Positions 25,801-35,573 of a stretch of 52,078 bases of DNA are shown one piece after another. A program made the position numbers and the translations under genes. The notes beneath the pieces are model-generated. The model ran no database searches. It had not been told where the DNA came from and was given only the letters and a program-made list of their open reading frames with translations. Source of the DNA: a virus (lineage: Duplodnaviria; Caudoviricetes); IMG/VR virus record IMGVR_UViG_3300021062_000003, positions 1 through 52,078 of that record, one strand, 5' to 3'. Within the stretch, counting starts at the first letter, position 1. The number at the start of each line of letters is the position of its first letter.

Positions 25801-28100
25801 TTGCCATCCTTGCCCAGTGCAACGTCGAAGTCCTCTCCGAACATGGAGATCGTCGTGCCCAATGGCAGCTTGTCGGCGTCGATGAACTGCCGCTTGGCCT
25901 TGCGATCTTCCGGGCTGGCGGTCTGATACTTGTCATACAGGAAGGCGTTCAGCACGGTTTCCGGGTCGTGTTGATCGGGACGATCCAAGACGGCCAAGAC
26001 GAAATCGCGCCGTCGGCCGGCTCGGCCCTTCAAAGCGTCATTCAGCAGGTCGTCGGCCTTGTCGCCTGCATACGCCGACGAAGAGTTATCTTCGGTCGTT
26101 CGGATGCCCAAGCCCTTGACGCGCATCTTGCCCGACTTGCCGAGATTGCTCACGGTGTCGGGATGGAATCCGATCGTGTCTTCATCGCCGCTGGCCGCCT
26201 CTTGGGCCAGATAGTTCTCATAGGGGCTGGCCCCCATTTCCTTCGCCTTGTTGTCGAGATACCGGGCAACGCTGGACAGGGTGAGGCGGCGGGTGGTAGG
26301 CTGTTGGGGTGATATCAATTCCAGCTGACTATTTTGATTCTTACGACCAACCGATTGCGTTGAATCACCGACTTGCAATGTCGCAGCGGGAGGCTTTTCT
26401 TCGCGATTCGCTCGAATCTCTGCAACGCGAGCTTGGAGCTTCGACACCGGCGCCGCAACCCCGGCCTGTGACGGAGCCGCAAGCGACTGGCCTGTGACGG
26501 GGGTGGCGGGCCGGGCCGGATCGCGAATCTCCAGCCTTTGCCCGGACGGACCTGTGTAGCGGTAGTCATCCGGCAATGACGGATCGGCCTCGAAGGGCGG
26601 TGGGTCAATCAACGGAGGAACGGCTTCCGGGCTCGGGGCTGGAGATTCCACAGAACTGTCAATGGGGCCGAACTCAGGCAGAGCTTCGTCGCTCTCGACC
26701 ATCGCTTCGGCCTCGCGTGCAACATCGTTCGGCACGCCGCGGCCTTCGGAATCGAATGTCAAATCTTGCGAAGCTGGAAGCGCGTCGATCTGGCTCTTGT
26801 ATTTCAGGATGATCTTGCGAGCCTTCGTCTTGCTCAAGCCATATTGGTCGATGAGGTTCTGTTCAAGCTCATTCTTGAACATGCCCAGCACCCGCTCTTG
26901 ATCCAAGTCGCGGTATGCCTGCCGGTAGTTGCCATAGGTCGCCGCCGTCATGGCATGACGGGCATAATCCTCAGCTTCCATCCGGTTCGAGTCCGACTGC
27001 TGCTTTGCCGTCAGAGGGCTCGGCTCCGGACCTTGCTTGGGATAGAGCGATGATCGAGCCTGATCCTCAAAGACATTGACGGCCGGCGTGCCCGTCTCTC
27101 GCGGGGTTTGTGTCGGATTGTCGGCGGTCGGACGGGGCGGAGCGCTTCGGACGGCACCGATGGCTCCAGCCCCACCGACCAGCATTCCGCCAGCCACGCC
27201 GGCGCCGTATGCTTGTGGCACGCCTTGGCCCAGCGTGCGGCTTTCGTCGAAACCTTGAGCCATCGTGTTCTGAGCAAACTGCGTCAGGGCTTCTTCGATA
27301 CCCTCAGCCTGCCCGGCGCCAACCCAATGCCCAATGGCCGCCGCGGCTGCCTTGCGGTCGCCTGATAGCATGTATTGCCCGACCCTTGCCGCACCGCGTT
27401 CGCCGATCTTGCCCAAGACGCCAAGGCCCAGCCGCTCGGAAAGAAACTCGACGGCTCCATAGCCCAGGCCATACTCGAGCGCCTTGACCTCATCGGGCTT
27501 CATGCCCTTGGCGGCAAGGGTGTTTCGATAGTCCTCAGCACCGCCGCCCACGGCTTGCAGGGCATAGAACGCCGGAACGGCGGCCGTGCCACCTGATCCC
27601 AGCACCGCAACCGCAGTCGGGGCAATGCCGCCGACAATCTCGCCGGCCGTCCCCGTGATGCTGGAACGCTCTGCGGCCTGTCCCGTGGGCAGGTTGCCGT
27701 AAAAGGCCCTTGACTCGGCCGCACCCCTTCGGAGCGATCCAGCGGCCCCTGTGGCCCCCAGCGGCTCGATCAGGGCCGCCGCACCTTCCGCGATCTTGGC
27801 TCCGGGCTCGACCAGCCCGCCCTTGAGAATGCCACCAGCCAGGGCGGCTGGGTCCAGGTTCTCCGCGATGGCCTGCATCCGGGGCTTTTTCAGGCCAGCG
27901 TTGGCGTACCAGTCTTGCGGCTGATTGACGACCGGGCCATCGGCCGCCCGCATGCTCGGCATTTCGGGCCGGGGCTTGGGCGCGATTATGGAGTCCAGTG
28001 CCAGTTCCGCCGGGTCCATGCTGCCACCGCCCAGCAGTCGATCGAGTGCGTCGGCGGCCGGGTCGAAGGCGGGAGAGATTGTCCCGCCGGTGTAGGTCAT
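22869..28100 (-). CDS. large internal virion / DNA-ejection-like protein (1743 aa)
   Basis: Size, Ala/Gly-rich helical N-term with EGIEEALTQ pattern, position after smaller ejection-like genes. Confidence 0.65.
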   Translation of the reverse strand: MTYTGGTISPAFDPAADALDRLLGGGSMDPAELALDSIIAPKPRPEMPSMRAADGPVVNQPQDWYANAGLKKPRMQAIAENLDPAALAGGILKGGLVEPGAKIAEGAAALIEPLGATGAAGSLRRGAAESRAFYGNLPTGQAAERSSITGTAGEIVGGIAPTAVAVLGSGGTAAVPAFYALQAVGGGAEDYRNTLAAKGMKPDEVKALEYGLGYGAVEFLSERLGLGVLGKIGERGAARVGQYMLSGDRKAAAAAIGHWVGAGQAEGIEEALTQFAQNTMAQGFDESRTLGQGVPQAYGAGVAGGMLVGGAGAIGAVRSAPPRPTADNPTQTPRETGTPAVNVFEDQARSSLYPKQGPEPSPLTAKQQSDSNRMEAEDYARHAMTAATYGNYRQAYRDLDQERVLGMFKNELEQNLIDQYGLSKTKARKIILKYKSQIDALPASQDLTFDSEGRGVPNDVAREAEAMVESDEALPEFGPIDSSVESPAPSPEAVPPLIDPPPFEADPSLPDDYRYTGPSGQRLEIRDPARPATPVTGQSLAAPSQAGVAAPVSKLQARVAEIRANREEKPPAATLQVGDSTQSVGRKNQNSQLELISPQQPTTRRLTLSSVARYLDNKAKEMGASPYENYLAQEAASGDEDTIGFHPDTVSNLGKSGKMRVKGLGIRTTEDNSSSAYAGDKADDLLNDALKGRAGRRRDFVLAVLDRPDQHDPETVLNAFLYDKYQTASPEDRKAKRQFIDADKLPLGTTISMFGEDFDVALGKDGKKVLADGVIIPTDGLPPVPMDEGSRRQAAPDKMVEGELEDIDDYGLPVMGEKRKFKDGFQLNDDSPTVPQSQSGEAAGGSQGGEVQVDDLSDDENDSGERVAGASDGGSDSASKLSPIGDTSAVKPDLFGNPTVDAATGEQNALPFTGESNLSKETKALARKDVEGQLRTRGLYPGARGGFVDISAITDVVKAAGKQAYIAANAFTGEMAERIRDTRAGKLVASFLDDASSKTATLVGKFANQAHDAYKGLKADDRAWLDKVERGTTYSNQQRLLEDTPAGRLTAPNPRIQKWLDTYQLMMDVTGDEAIAKGVKRSDGTPFAKAKGGRMLRELTPDAWDAMHIQSGPLYDAIVTMVANENGTTPQQAKATLKEMFDPSSVREVGAIEDYRKIKNFASHVTVGKTQMPILESDPYLSIMSAGRRMAQRIYFIEKFGQVTKDQPDTLLDELRARHGRAKGSQAAFDDVIRVWNGRPYGRLGGEPRSWWKRTGRVIDGLIGSQQTSAAVIPNIPQVAVQGPRYTGFVNLAKGLMETISHPRASAQTLAEMGAVNRSVMEWTIRSGHVPEDIARIARDVAARGVGSHWVNQFNNLAIGNAGRAMVDQWRKFGLPMKSVQIAKELRLTSSEIVDARKGVISQATANKIVQNLVKVTQYTAEDPHRRALIQNVPVLNFIFAYNSYFVGTTKSAARAVNEARAAIESKDPRRMADAAEGLAKLLVGMMGAGAAAMILRRLFKGEEIKKRDEAYWEMAVSALWEAGVMGSAQRFVDAFHWSNGSSAEKLAVAMMPKVSYIADLFDALTGPVTGKGRYGKFNLVDSVTDMQKRNTPAVKGLIDNADRAKSDRLRGYQQTRARVGKWIKDQGKDNQSGTDFQINPLHDGVAKAISREQPDEAAKLILAAIGDDPAELAKVIKGLKSSMQDKAPLGKLEKADIPAYLKGLAPDEKSRVLSLHREWLADYARAIGSALRQRNEKRQPAA
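25443..25458. repeat. palindrome copy 5 (in CDS, SPIGD)
   Basis: Perfect match in a low-complexity linker. Confidence 0.98.
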
Positions 28101-28591
28101 TTGCAGATGATTCGCTGGAGCGTGGCCGAATCGGCTTGGTGAGCGTTGTAGAACTTGATCGCCGTCACGGCTTCCAAGGTGCCCGCGTCCATGTTCGGGT
28201 ACGTGAAGTCGCCGTACAGCTTCATCGTGCCGTTGCCTTGCGTGGCAATGGCGTCTGCCCCCAAGAACAGCGGCACGCCGGCCCGCATCGGAATCTGGTT
28301 CACATCGCTGGAGTCGGCTTCGTCGGTCGTTTCCAAGATCAGGATGCCGTCTTGGCTGGACACGAACGCCGCGAACCCGATGGTCGTGACTTGGTGCGAA
28401 TCGTCTTTGTCAAAGACCTTCGTGGTCGTGTCGGCGAGAACGGTCTGTTTACCGCAGTCGATCTTGTCCGATCCCATCGTCAGTTCGAGCGGATCGGTTG
28501 ATGCGTTGCCCGCCAATACGCCCTGCCAAAGCTCATGGTCGCCGTCGTTGACGCTGACCGAGGCCAAGATGCTGATTACGGTGTTCGCCAT
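28097..28591 (-). CDS. hypothetical virion protein
   Basis: Coupled ORF in the structural operon. Confidence 0.7.
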   Translation of the reverse strand: MANTVISILASVSVNDGDHELWQGVLAGNASTDPLELTMGSDKIDCGKQTVLADTTTKVFDKDDSHQVTTIGFAAFVSSQDGILILETTDEADSSDVNQIPMRAGVPLFLGADAIATQGNGTMKLYGDFTYPNMDAGTLEAVTAIKFYNAHQADSATLQRIICK

Positions 28592-29805
28592 TACTGCCGC
28601 GCTCCTTGCGTCTGTTGGGCTGCCATCGCCCGGATCATTTGCAACAACCGCTGCCGTGCGGATTGGTCGCCAGCCTGTGCCGCCGCCACAAGCTGCGGAT
28701 TCATCATAGCAACGGCTTGGGCCGCTTGCAGATGGACCGGGCTTGCGGCCTGCGGAGCCGGTGGCTGAGCTTGCGGCCCATTGCCGGCCGCCGTCGCCTG
28801 AATGTACTGATCGGCGTTCACAGGAGCCGGAGCCGTGTCCCCAATTGGGGACGGCTGGCTCGCCGCAGGCGGCTGGCCTTGCTGCGGAGCCGGCGGACCC
28901 ATCGGGCCGCCTTGCTGCTGGGGCTGGTAGACGCCGATCAATCCTTGGGCCGCCTGCTGTGCCGCTTGCTCGGCCTGCATCAGTTGCGGGTTGGGCTGGG
29001 CCAACGCCTGCTCATACTCAGCCTCAACTTGTTGCAAGGCGCGTTGCATGGCGTCGGGGTCAAACTCGTAAGCGGGATTGCTCTGGATGGCCCGGACCTT
29101 CATTTCAAACCGCTTGCCGAGCATTTCCCGCCGAGTCTGATCCATCTTGATGACCCGCTCCAGGTTGGAGTCGGCCATTTCCTTGCGGACCATGCCGGCT
29201 TGCACCTGATTGGGGTCGATTTGGTATTGCTGCTGCTGGGCGAACTTCTCTTGCTGCAAGTCAAGTTGCTTCTGCATCCTGATGTCGTCGATAGCCTTGT
29301 CCACGTCGCTTCCGTGGATAAGCTGCAACCGCAGCACTTTTTCGGTGAACTGCTTTTCGCTGATGCGGCCCGCCTCAAGCTCGTTGATGGATTGCTCAAC
29401 CGACGAACGGAGCCGCGTCTGACGGGCTGATTCCTTGGCAAGATCGGCCGCCGTGATCTGTCGTTGCTCGTTGAGCAAGTCGGCCGAGTCCTGCATGCGG
29501 TTCTCTCGCCGCACGTCGAGTCCGAACTGCCGTTCATCCATCTCGAACCGTCGATCGTTGTTCTGTTGGGTTCGGTCAAACTGCCGCTGATCGAACTCGA
29601 AACGACGGTCCCGGTCGGCGCGGGTGAGGGTGTCTTGCTCACGCTGGTATGCGTCATTGTCGAGCGTTCGATTCCATTGACGCTCCTGAGCTTGCCGCTG
29701 GGCGAGCATCTGCATGATCGCCATTTGCTGCTGGATACGCGCGCGGTCTCGCTCTTCGGCCATGCCGTATCCGCCCAAATAGCCACTGAGGAAGTCTTGG
29801 GGCAT
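28591..29805 (-). CDS. Gln-rich coiled-coil ejection-like protein
   Basis: Q/R/E-rich composition and position. Confidence 0.6.
   Translation of the reverse strand: MPQDFLSGYLGGYGMAEERDRARIQQQMAIMQMLAQRQAQERQWNRTLDNDAYQREQDTLTRADRDRRFEFDQRQFDRTQQNNDRRFEMDERQFGLDVRRENRMQDSADLLNEQRQITAADLAKESARQTRLRSSVEQSINELEAGRISEKQFTEKVLRLQLIHGSDVDKAIDDIRMQKQLDLQQEKFAQQQQYQIDPNQVQAGMVRKEMADSNLERVIKMDQTRREMLGKRFEMKVRAIQSNPAYEFDPDAMQRALQQVEAEYEQALAQPNPQLMQAEQAAQQAAQGLIGVYQPQQQGGPMGPPAPQQGQPPAASQPSPIGDTAPAPVNADQYIQATAAGNGPQAQPPAPQAASPVHLQAAQAVAMMNPQLVAAAQAGDQSARQRLLQMIRAMAAQQTQGARQ
28837..28852. repeat. palindrome copy 6 (in CDS, SPIGD)
   Basis: Perfect match in a Pro/Gln/Ala linker. Confidence 0.98.
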
Positions 29806-29811
29806 CGCGAA

Positions 29812-30477
29812 TCATCCGAATCCGTGCTGGTTTCCACCGCCGTACAGGTTGCCGCCAAAGATGCCGTAGCCGCCCGTGTTGCCCTGCAACTGCTGGAGGA
29901 GCAACTGATTCAGGTAGGCTTGTGAGTTGTTGGGGCCGGGGGCTCCGTTGTTGTAGACGTACTGGCCCGCGGCGGCGCCCAGGCCCGACGAAAGCTGGCC
30001 CATCGCTCCGGTGTAGTCGATCGGAGCTTGCTGCTGATTGGCGAATGCGGGCTGGGCTCCGGCAAGCTGCCAGTTGTAAGCCCGGTCGTTGAAGGACTGG
30101 ATCATGTTATCGCGGTTCATTACCGCGGCGTGCTTCATGTCCATCACGTCGCGACCGACGCCACGCTGGGCCACGCTCCGAGCCGTGGTGTTGCCCAAGC
30201 CCGACGCGACGGCGTTGTTCGCCTCGCGTGCCATTTCGCCGCGTCCATAGCGGTCGATCTGGCCGTTGATCCACTTGCTGTCGTAATGCTTCTTGAATCG
30301 GTCGCGGTCCCGCATCAGGGCCGCGAGCAAGCCATTGTTGCCCTGGCTGCCGTACAACTGCTGATAGTAAAACCGCCGCTGATTCTTCATCGGGTCGCCC
30401 TGCGATGAAGATTGCAGGTACGAGGCGCCGAGTGTGCCCGCCGCGCCTATTCCCGCCGCTGCAATGATCGCGCCCAT
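29812..30477 (-). CDS. Gly/Ala-rich pilot/ejection-like protein
   Basis: MGAIIAAAGIGAAGTLGAS N-terminus typical of small podovirus ejection proteins. Confidence 0.6.
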   Translation of the reverse strand: MGAIIAAAGIGAAGTLGASYLQSSSQGDPMKNQRRFYYQQLYGSQGNNGLLAALMRDRDRFKKHYDSKWINGQIDRYGRGEMAREANNAVASGLGNTTARSVAQRGVGRDVMDMKHAAVMNRDNMIQSFNDRAYNWQLAGAQPAFANQQQAPIDYTGAMGQLSSGLGAAAGQYVYNNGAPGPNNSQAYLNQLLLQQLQGNTGGYGIFGGNLYGGGNQHGFG

Positions 30478-31127
30478 TCTGAGCCTCCTTGCTCAATGAC
30501 GCCCGCCGCGTCCTCGATCCTCGACCAGTCCGTTAGGTCGGCACCCACCAGCTTAGCAAGTTTCACCGTCGTAGCGTATGGATTTTCCTTGAGTTTTTCC
30601 AGCGATATCACGGTTGTCGCGTCAACGGGCATGTCGCCAATCAGGCGGTTGCGGGCTTTGATATGCTCAATGCAGTTCATTCGGCCGTAAGTGTGGACGA
30701 TCGACCGGGCCTGATCTTCGGCGTCTCGCGTTGTCTTGATGAGGACAATTTGCTCGATGCCGGCCTTTTGGCTCGCCTTCAAAATCTCCGGGATGAACAG
30801 TGCGTAGACCGGGCACTTGACACCGATGGCGTGAAGCTCGTGGCCGTACATTTTCGCCAGCACAGCGCCCATGACCATTCGATGCTCAAGGTACTTTGGG
30901 AACCACTCCACAAAGTCATTGCGAGCCTCCCGGCACACTTCCTTGTCGTCCCACGGGAAGATTTCGTTCAACGCCATCGTCGCGTCAAAGCACTCCCAGT
31001 CCCATCGCTTGTCGGGATACACCGGCGGACAGACCGCCATCGCCATCGGCACGCCGAGCCGATGAAGAATCTGGCTCACGGCCGAAGTGCCGGTACGAAA
31101 CTGACCCGTGACGACGACAAGATTCAT
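30447..31127 (-). CDS. sulfotransferase-family protein
   Basis: VVVTGQFRTGTSAVSQILHRLGVPM (PAPS-binding loop pattern), WE, GVKCP. Confidence 0.7.
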   Translation of the reverse strand: MNLVVVTGQFRTGTSAVSQILHRLGVPMAMAVCPPVYPDKRWDWECFDATMALNEIFPWDDKEVCREARNDFVEWFPKYLEHRMVMGAVLAKMYGHELHAIGVKCPVYALFIPEILKASQKAGIEQIVLIKTTRDAEDQARSIVHTYGRMNCIEHIKARNRLIGDMPVDATTVISLEKLKENPYATTVKLAKLVGADLTDWSRIEDAAGVIEQGGSEWARSLQRRE

Positions 31128-31672
31128 GTCAACCCCGCGAACTTGAAAGCCCACACCGGCAGGCGCGGGATGATGAACAGCAGCGGCTCAGTACCCCTGG
31201 GCATCCCGAGCAATTCGGCGGCCACCGCGGAGTATGCGGCAGCGTTGGGAAGCACTTTGTTGTCCAGCATGCCTGTTATGATTGACAATGCCTGATGGTC
31301 AAGTGGATACTTTGACTCGATCAACTCGGCGACTTCCAGCCACGCCGGGTCGCATGTGCCTTTGAAGAACGAGTTTCCCCAGCCAGGAATCTTCTGCCCG
31401 GTTTGGCAGAAATACTTTTGTTCTTCGTCGTCTCGCTCGTATATGAAATGCCGGGCGTCGGCGATAGGCCCATGCCTATTCCCCAAACTCGCCAGCGCCG
31501 CGATCACGCCGCCGACAAAATCACCGCTGCCGGACGCGGCTTGCATGAAAGCGATATTGCTGATGTTCTCATTGGTAATTGCTGCTTGGGCATGAGCCTC
31601 GAACACGCAGTCGATCAGTTGGAGCTTGTCTTGCAGCGGAAGTTTGGAATGGCAAAGTTCGGTGAGGATCAT
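31124..31672 (-). CDS. truncated citrate synthase / citryl-CoA lyase-fold protein
   Basis: AALASLGNRHGP, KIPGWGNSFFK..DP, LPNAA, LFIIPRLPVW correspond to GPLHGG, GFGHRVYK..DP, PNVD, LFxxxRxxGW. Confidence 0.75.
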   Translation of the reverse strand: MILTELCHSKLPLQDKLQLIDCVFEAHAQAAITNENISNIAFMQAASGSGDFVGGVIAALASLGNRHGPIADARHFIYERDDEEQKYFCQTGQKIPGWGNSFFKGTCDPAWLEVAELIESKYPLDHQALSIITGMLDNKVLPNAAAYSAVAAELLGMPRGTEPLLFIIPRLPVWAFKFAGLT

Positions 31673-32604
31673 TTGAGGATTTCCACGCTAATCCAATCAC
31701 AAGTGACAACGTCGGCGTCGGTGGCAAGATCAACGTCGATTGTGAGGTTCTGGCTTGATGTGCTATCGACGGCCGAAGTGCCTGTGACCGGGGCCGTCGC
31801 GCCACGGGATTCCTCGCCATGAGCCCGCTGTGCCGACGCGCCGCCGTCGCCAAACAACACGCCTGATATCTTCGTCGTCGCAAGCGTTGTCGCCGCAAAC
31901 GCCAAGACCGTTGTGCCGCCATACTGCACCCGAAACGTGAGATTGCCCACTCCCGTCGTGCGGCGACAACGAAGCTCGAACCGAACGCCTCCAGTCGATC
32001 CCAGTGTTCCGCCGGGGATCGACACTGTTTGGCAGTTCTGGAAGTTCGCTCCCGTAACGGTGTTGTTGACACGCTGGGCGACAATGATGCCGGGCACCGC
32101 AAGATTGGCCCTCGCCCCCGCCGCCGTGCTGGCTCCAGTTCCGCCGTCCGCCACCGCGACATCGGTTCCACCGGCCGCGTACAGGGCCGCCGTATCGGCG
32201 ATGCCATGCACGCTGGTTGTGTCAGCCTCATGAGTCGCCAACAGCGAAGCGGCGGTTCCAGCCGCATCAACACCCAAGGTCGTTCGCTGGGCCGCCGCAT
32301 TGGCGTCATCAATCAAGGCGCGGCCCGCTGCCGTGCAAGTGATTTCCTCAATGGCTCCAGTTCCGGACGTGGACCTGCCCAGCAGCTTGTCGGTGGCAAT
32401 GGATGACAGCTTGCTGAGCGCGATAGCAGCGTCTGTGGCAATGTCAGCATTGTCGATCGAGGCCGCCTTCAAGCTCACCGTGCCACCAGAGCCAATCTCC
32501 AACTTCTCCACGTCCAGCCACCGGCCGGCCGCCAAATTCAAAATGGCCTGAGCAAGATGCTCATTTTTCCAGCTTTGGAGCCTTGCCCCTTGCAGCAGGT
32601 TCAC
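31669..32604 (-). CDS. tail fibre-like structural protein
   Basis: IATDAAIALSKL, AAAQRTTLGV, VADGGTGASTAAGARANL fibre repeats. Confidence 0.7.
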   Translation of the reverse strand: MNLLQGARLQSWKNEHLAQAILNLAAGRWLDVEKLEIGSGGTVSLKAASIDNADIATDAAIALSKLSSIATDKLLGRSTSGTGAIEEITCTAAGRALIDDANAAAQRTTLGVDAAGTAASLLATHEADTTSVHGIADTAALYAAGGTDVAVADGGTGASTAAGARANLAVPGIIVAQRVNNTVTGANFQNCQTVSIPGGTLGSTGGVRFELRCRRTTGVGNLTFRVQYGGTTVLAFAATTLATTKISGVLFGDGGASAQRAHGEESRGATAPVTGTSAVDSTSSQNLTIDVDLATDADVVTCDWISVEILK

Positions 32605-34958
32605 GACTTCACCGCCCGTCGAGCCGGGCCGATGTCAAAGCCCTCGACGATGACATTCTCCATCGCCCAAGATTCATCGAGCCGCGAGTTGGACAGGCGG
32701 ATGCCGAGCCGGGCTCCGGCGATGCGGCGATTGATCCGGGCCGTGTCGCCGGAGCCCCACCGTCGCAGGACATGCGGGCTCGCGTTGACCAAGCTCTTTT
32801 CGTCCTCGGCCGCAAGGATCGCGATGTCAACCGAATCGGTCGCATTATCCATTGTGCCCTCGACGGCAACGAGCATGGACCGGCCGCGCGGATTGTCGGC
32901 GAATCCGAATGGTGCGAACTCGACGTAGCTGTTGATGGCATATGGCTTCTTGGTGCCGTGGTCATGCTTGAGCGACGGATGGAACTCGCGGAGATATCCG
33001 TCACGACCGCCCAGGATCAAGGCCCGGTTCGCAGGATCATCGTCGTTGTAGTTGAGTACGGCCGTTGGGCCGGAAGCGACGGGAATCTGAATCGGATAGA
33101 ACCCATTGGTCCGGGCCGACCAAAAGTAATGTGTCGTCTCGCTCTCGCTGTCGATCGGCGTCACGAACACAATCACGCCTCGCCAGTCGTGGCTCCAGAT
33201 CAGCTTGATGTCGTTGGCGGCAATGTTGATGCTGCGAAGGGTCTTGTCGAGCCGATTGGCTGATAGCAGCCGCACGCGGTCGATGCTCAGGCCGTCCGTG
33301 GACATCTTGTAGAACCCGTCCGATCCCATGAAGTACGTCGTTCCGCTGGGGTCGATGCAGAATGCCCGCTTTCCGACAATGCCCACCTTGTCCATGAGCC
33401 GGTCCAGACTTGCCACGCCACCAGGGCCGGGGTTGCCCTTCAGCACCCAAATCTCTTTCTGGCACCCGAACACCAAAGGGCCGCGGGGATACGAGATCAG
33501 GCAGGTGATGATGTCGCCGATCTGGCCGAGCTGCGCGTTGTTGCCCGCGACGGCGGCGCCAATGTCGGTGTCGGTGTAATCGAAGTCGTTTTCGTCGCCG
33601 ACGTTTTGGAACTGCCGGCTCATAAACCAGTTGTGCGGCTCGGAGTCCACGCCGCTGTAAACCAGCCGTCCGTTCCATAGGCGGATGATCGTCGGTCGGT
33701 GGCCGGCCGAACCCGGCAGAGAGCCCGCACTGGCCGCAACGGCCGTGACAGCGTTGGTCGCGGGGTTGTAGACCCGCATGTTGGTCCCGGTGTCCACGAC
33801 GTAGAGCTTCTGGAACACGACTTCCGACTCGCACGCCAGGGCCAGGGCGTCGAAGGCGTCGGTCCCCCCGGAAGGGACCGCAAAGCCATCGGCCTTGGTT
33901 CCGGCGTACAAGTCGCCTTCGGTCACAACCACCAGCTTCGTGTCGCGGCCCGTGGTCGGCTGGAGGGCGTCGTAGACTTTCAACTGATCGAGCGTTGGCG
34001 CGGCCGTGTTGCTCGACCAAGTTCCCGAGCCCCGCTTGCGGTAATAGCACCAGCCGATTTTCCGGTGGCTTGTCGAATCGAAACCATCGGCCCCTGTGAG
34101 GGTCTGCTGATATTTCAACACGCCGTCCCAGTAGATTTCGACGTAATACTTGTTGACGCGAACTTCCAGGTCGTGCGATGACGTGTCAGCCGCGGCGGCC
34201 ACGGACGGCGTGCCAATCTGTGTGGAGCCAGAGTTTTGCTCCTTCCACATGCCAATTTCAAACGTGTTGCCGCCGCTGATCTTGTGCCATCCGCAGTTGA
34301 AGCACTCGTTGGCCGACGACTTGACGCGGATGCCGATGCCGAAGAAGTATTCGCCGCCTGAGTCGCCGATGATGGTTTCCACCCGCGTCTTGACAATGAA
34401 CTGGGCATCACGGTCATAGTCGTCCCCGGCCGCGTTCCAGAGCATCGAGCGGCCGGCATTGTCCGTGTCGGGAATGTCGGTCGTGGAGGCGACCGATCCA
34501 TCTTCGTTGTATTTGTTGGACAGGTCGATAACAACTTCATCGCCCGTCCGCAGATACCGGAAGTTGCCCGACACCGCGGCGGCATTGAACAGTCGCGGGT
34601 GGTCGCCGCCGATCGCCGGCTCATGGAACCACTCTTGCGAGTCCGAGGCGATCGGATAGGGCTGGGGTTGGTCGTTGAATGACCGGCTGTACAGTTCCTC
34701 GCCTTGAATGATCGACTGGGCATTGACGATGCGCGTGATCTGTGCAAGGTGCTGAATCGGATCGTCGGCACTGATCGGCGAATCGTAATACGTGCCGCAT
34801 CCTGATCGCTGGCCGCCGCGAGCCCGATCCTCGACCGGATCGAACGGAAGCACGTTCAATAGGCGCTGCGATACCGTTGGTGGCTGATCGCTGTAAGCGG
34901 CGTTCTCAGCCAAACCATCCTTGGGGAATCGCAGAACCAGCGGCTCGTTGCTGGGCAT
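32601..34958 (-). CDS. tail nozzle / tubular protein B-like (beta-propeller)
   Basis: 785 aa, beta-rich; WNGRLVY...WFMSR, GDIITCL, GIVGKRAF, YFMGSDGFY; position after the adaptor. Confidence 0.65.
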   Translation of the reverse strand: MPSNEPLVLRFPKDGLAENAAYSDQPPTVSQRLLNVLPFDPVEDRARGGQRSGCGTYYDSPISADDPIQHLAQITRIVNAQSIIQGEELYSRSFNDQPQPYPIASDSQEWFHEPAIGGDHPRLFNAAAVSGNFRYLRTGDEVVIDLSNKYNEDGSVASTTDIPDTDNAGRSMLWNAAGDDYDRDAQFIVKTRVETIIGDSGGEYFFGIGIRVKSSANECFNCGWHKISGGNTFEIGMWKEQNSGSTQIGTPSVAAAADTSSHDLEVRVNKYYVEIYWDGVLKYQQTLTGADGFDSTSHRKIGWCYYRKRGSGTWSSNTAAPTLDQLKVYDALQPTTGRDTKLVVVTEGDLYAGTKADGFAVPSGGTDAFDALALACESEVVFQKLYVVDTGTNMRVYNPATNAVTAVAASAGSLPGSAGHRPTIIRLWNGRLVYSGVDSEPHNWFMSRQFQNVGDENDFDYTDTDIGAAVAGNNAQLGQIGDIITCLISYPRGPLVFGCQKEIWVLKGNPGPGGVASLDRLMDKVGIVGKRAFCIDPSGTTYFMGSDGFYKMSTDGLSIDRVRLLSANRLDKTLRSINIAANDIKLIWSHDWRGVIVFVTPIDSESETTHYFWSARTNGFYPIQIPVASGPTAVLNYNDDDPANRALILGGRDGYLREFHPSLKHDHGTKKPYAINSYVEFAPFGFADNPRGRSMLVAVEGTMDNATDSVDIAILAAEDEKSLVNASPHVLRRWGSGDTARINRRIAGARLGIRLSNSRLDESWAMENVIVEGFDIGPARRAVKS

Positions 34959-34979
34959 CCTTGCCCTTCTGCCTACGGC

Positions 34980-35573
34980 TTATCCAGCATCACGCTTGGC
35001 CTGATCGGCCATCGTCCAACCACTCCGATATTCGAACCACGCTCCGTACAGCAGCAGGGCGTCGGTGGTGTGGGCGCCAGGCGTGAGGTTGATCGTCACG
35101 GCGTCGTTGCTGCGGATGTCCTGTCGCGACAGGTCGCATTCAACTTCCTGCAACGGCGTTCCCGACACGGCGGCACTGGCGTCGGCGTCCAAGGCGTCGA
35201 TCGTTTCGGCGGCACGGTGCCGAACACCATCGGCCAAAATGGTCGGGGCGTCGGTTCCGCCGCCCATCGCCACCAGCAAGATGATCTTGAAGTGATCCGA
35301 CTTGTCGGGGTCGTTCCGTTTGTCGAGGTAGTCGCCGGGAACGGGGATGCTGATGTTCACCGCCGCCGAGTCCGAGGCGGCCCAGCGGATTCGGAACGCG
35401 GCCGAGGAAAGTTCGATGATCGGCGTTGTGGAGCCCGTGAGGTTCTGGCCCGTGGCATCACGGATCGTTTGCAGCGGAATGGGGATTCGCTTGACGAAGC
35501 CGGTGCTGGGCTGGGCATCTTCGATTCGGTCGGCCAATGTTCCTACGCTGGTCATCGTGAACCTCTCATTCAA
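34980..35573 (-). CDS. hypothetical virion protein
   Basis: Coupled ORF in the structural operon. Confidence 0.65.
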   Translation of the reverse strand: MNERFTMTSVGTLADRIEDAQPSTGFVKRIPIPLQTIRDATGQNLTGSTTPIIELSSAAFRIRWAASDSAAVNISIPVPGDYLDKRNDPDKSDHFKIILLVAMGGGTDAPTILADGVRHRAAETIDALDADASAAVSGTPLQEVECDLSRQDIRSNDAVTINLTPGAHTTDALLLYGAWFEYRSGWTMADQAKRDAG

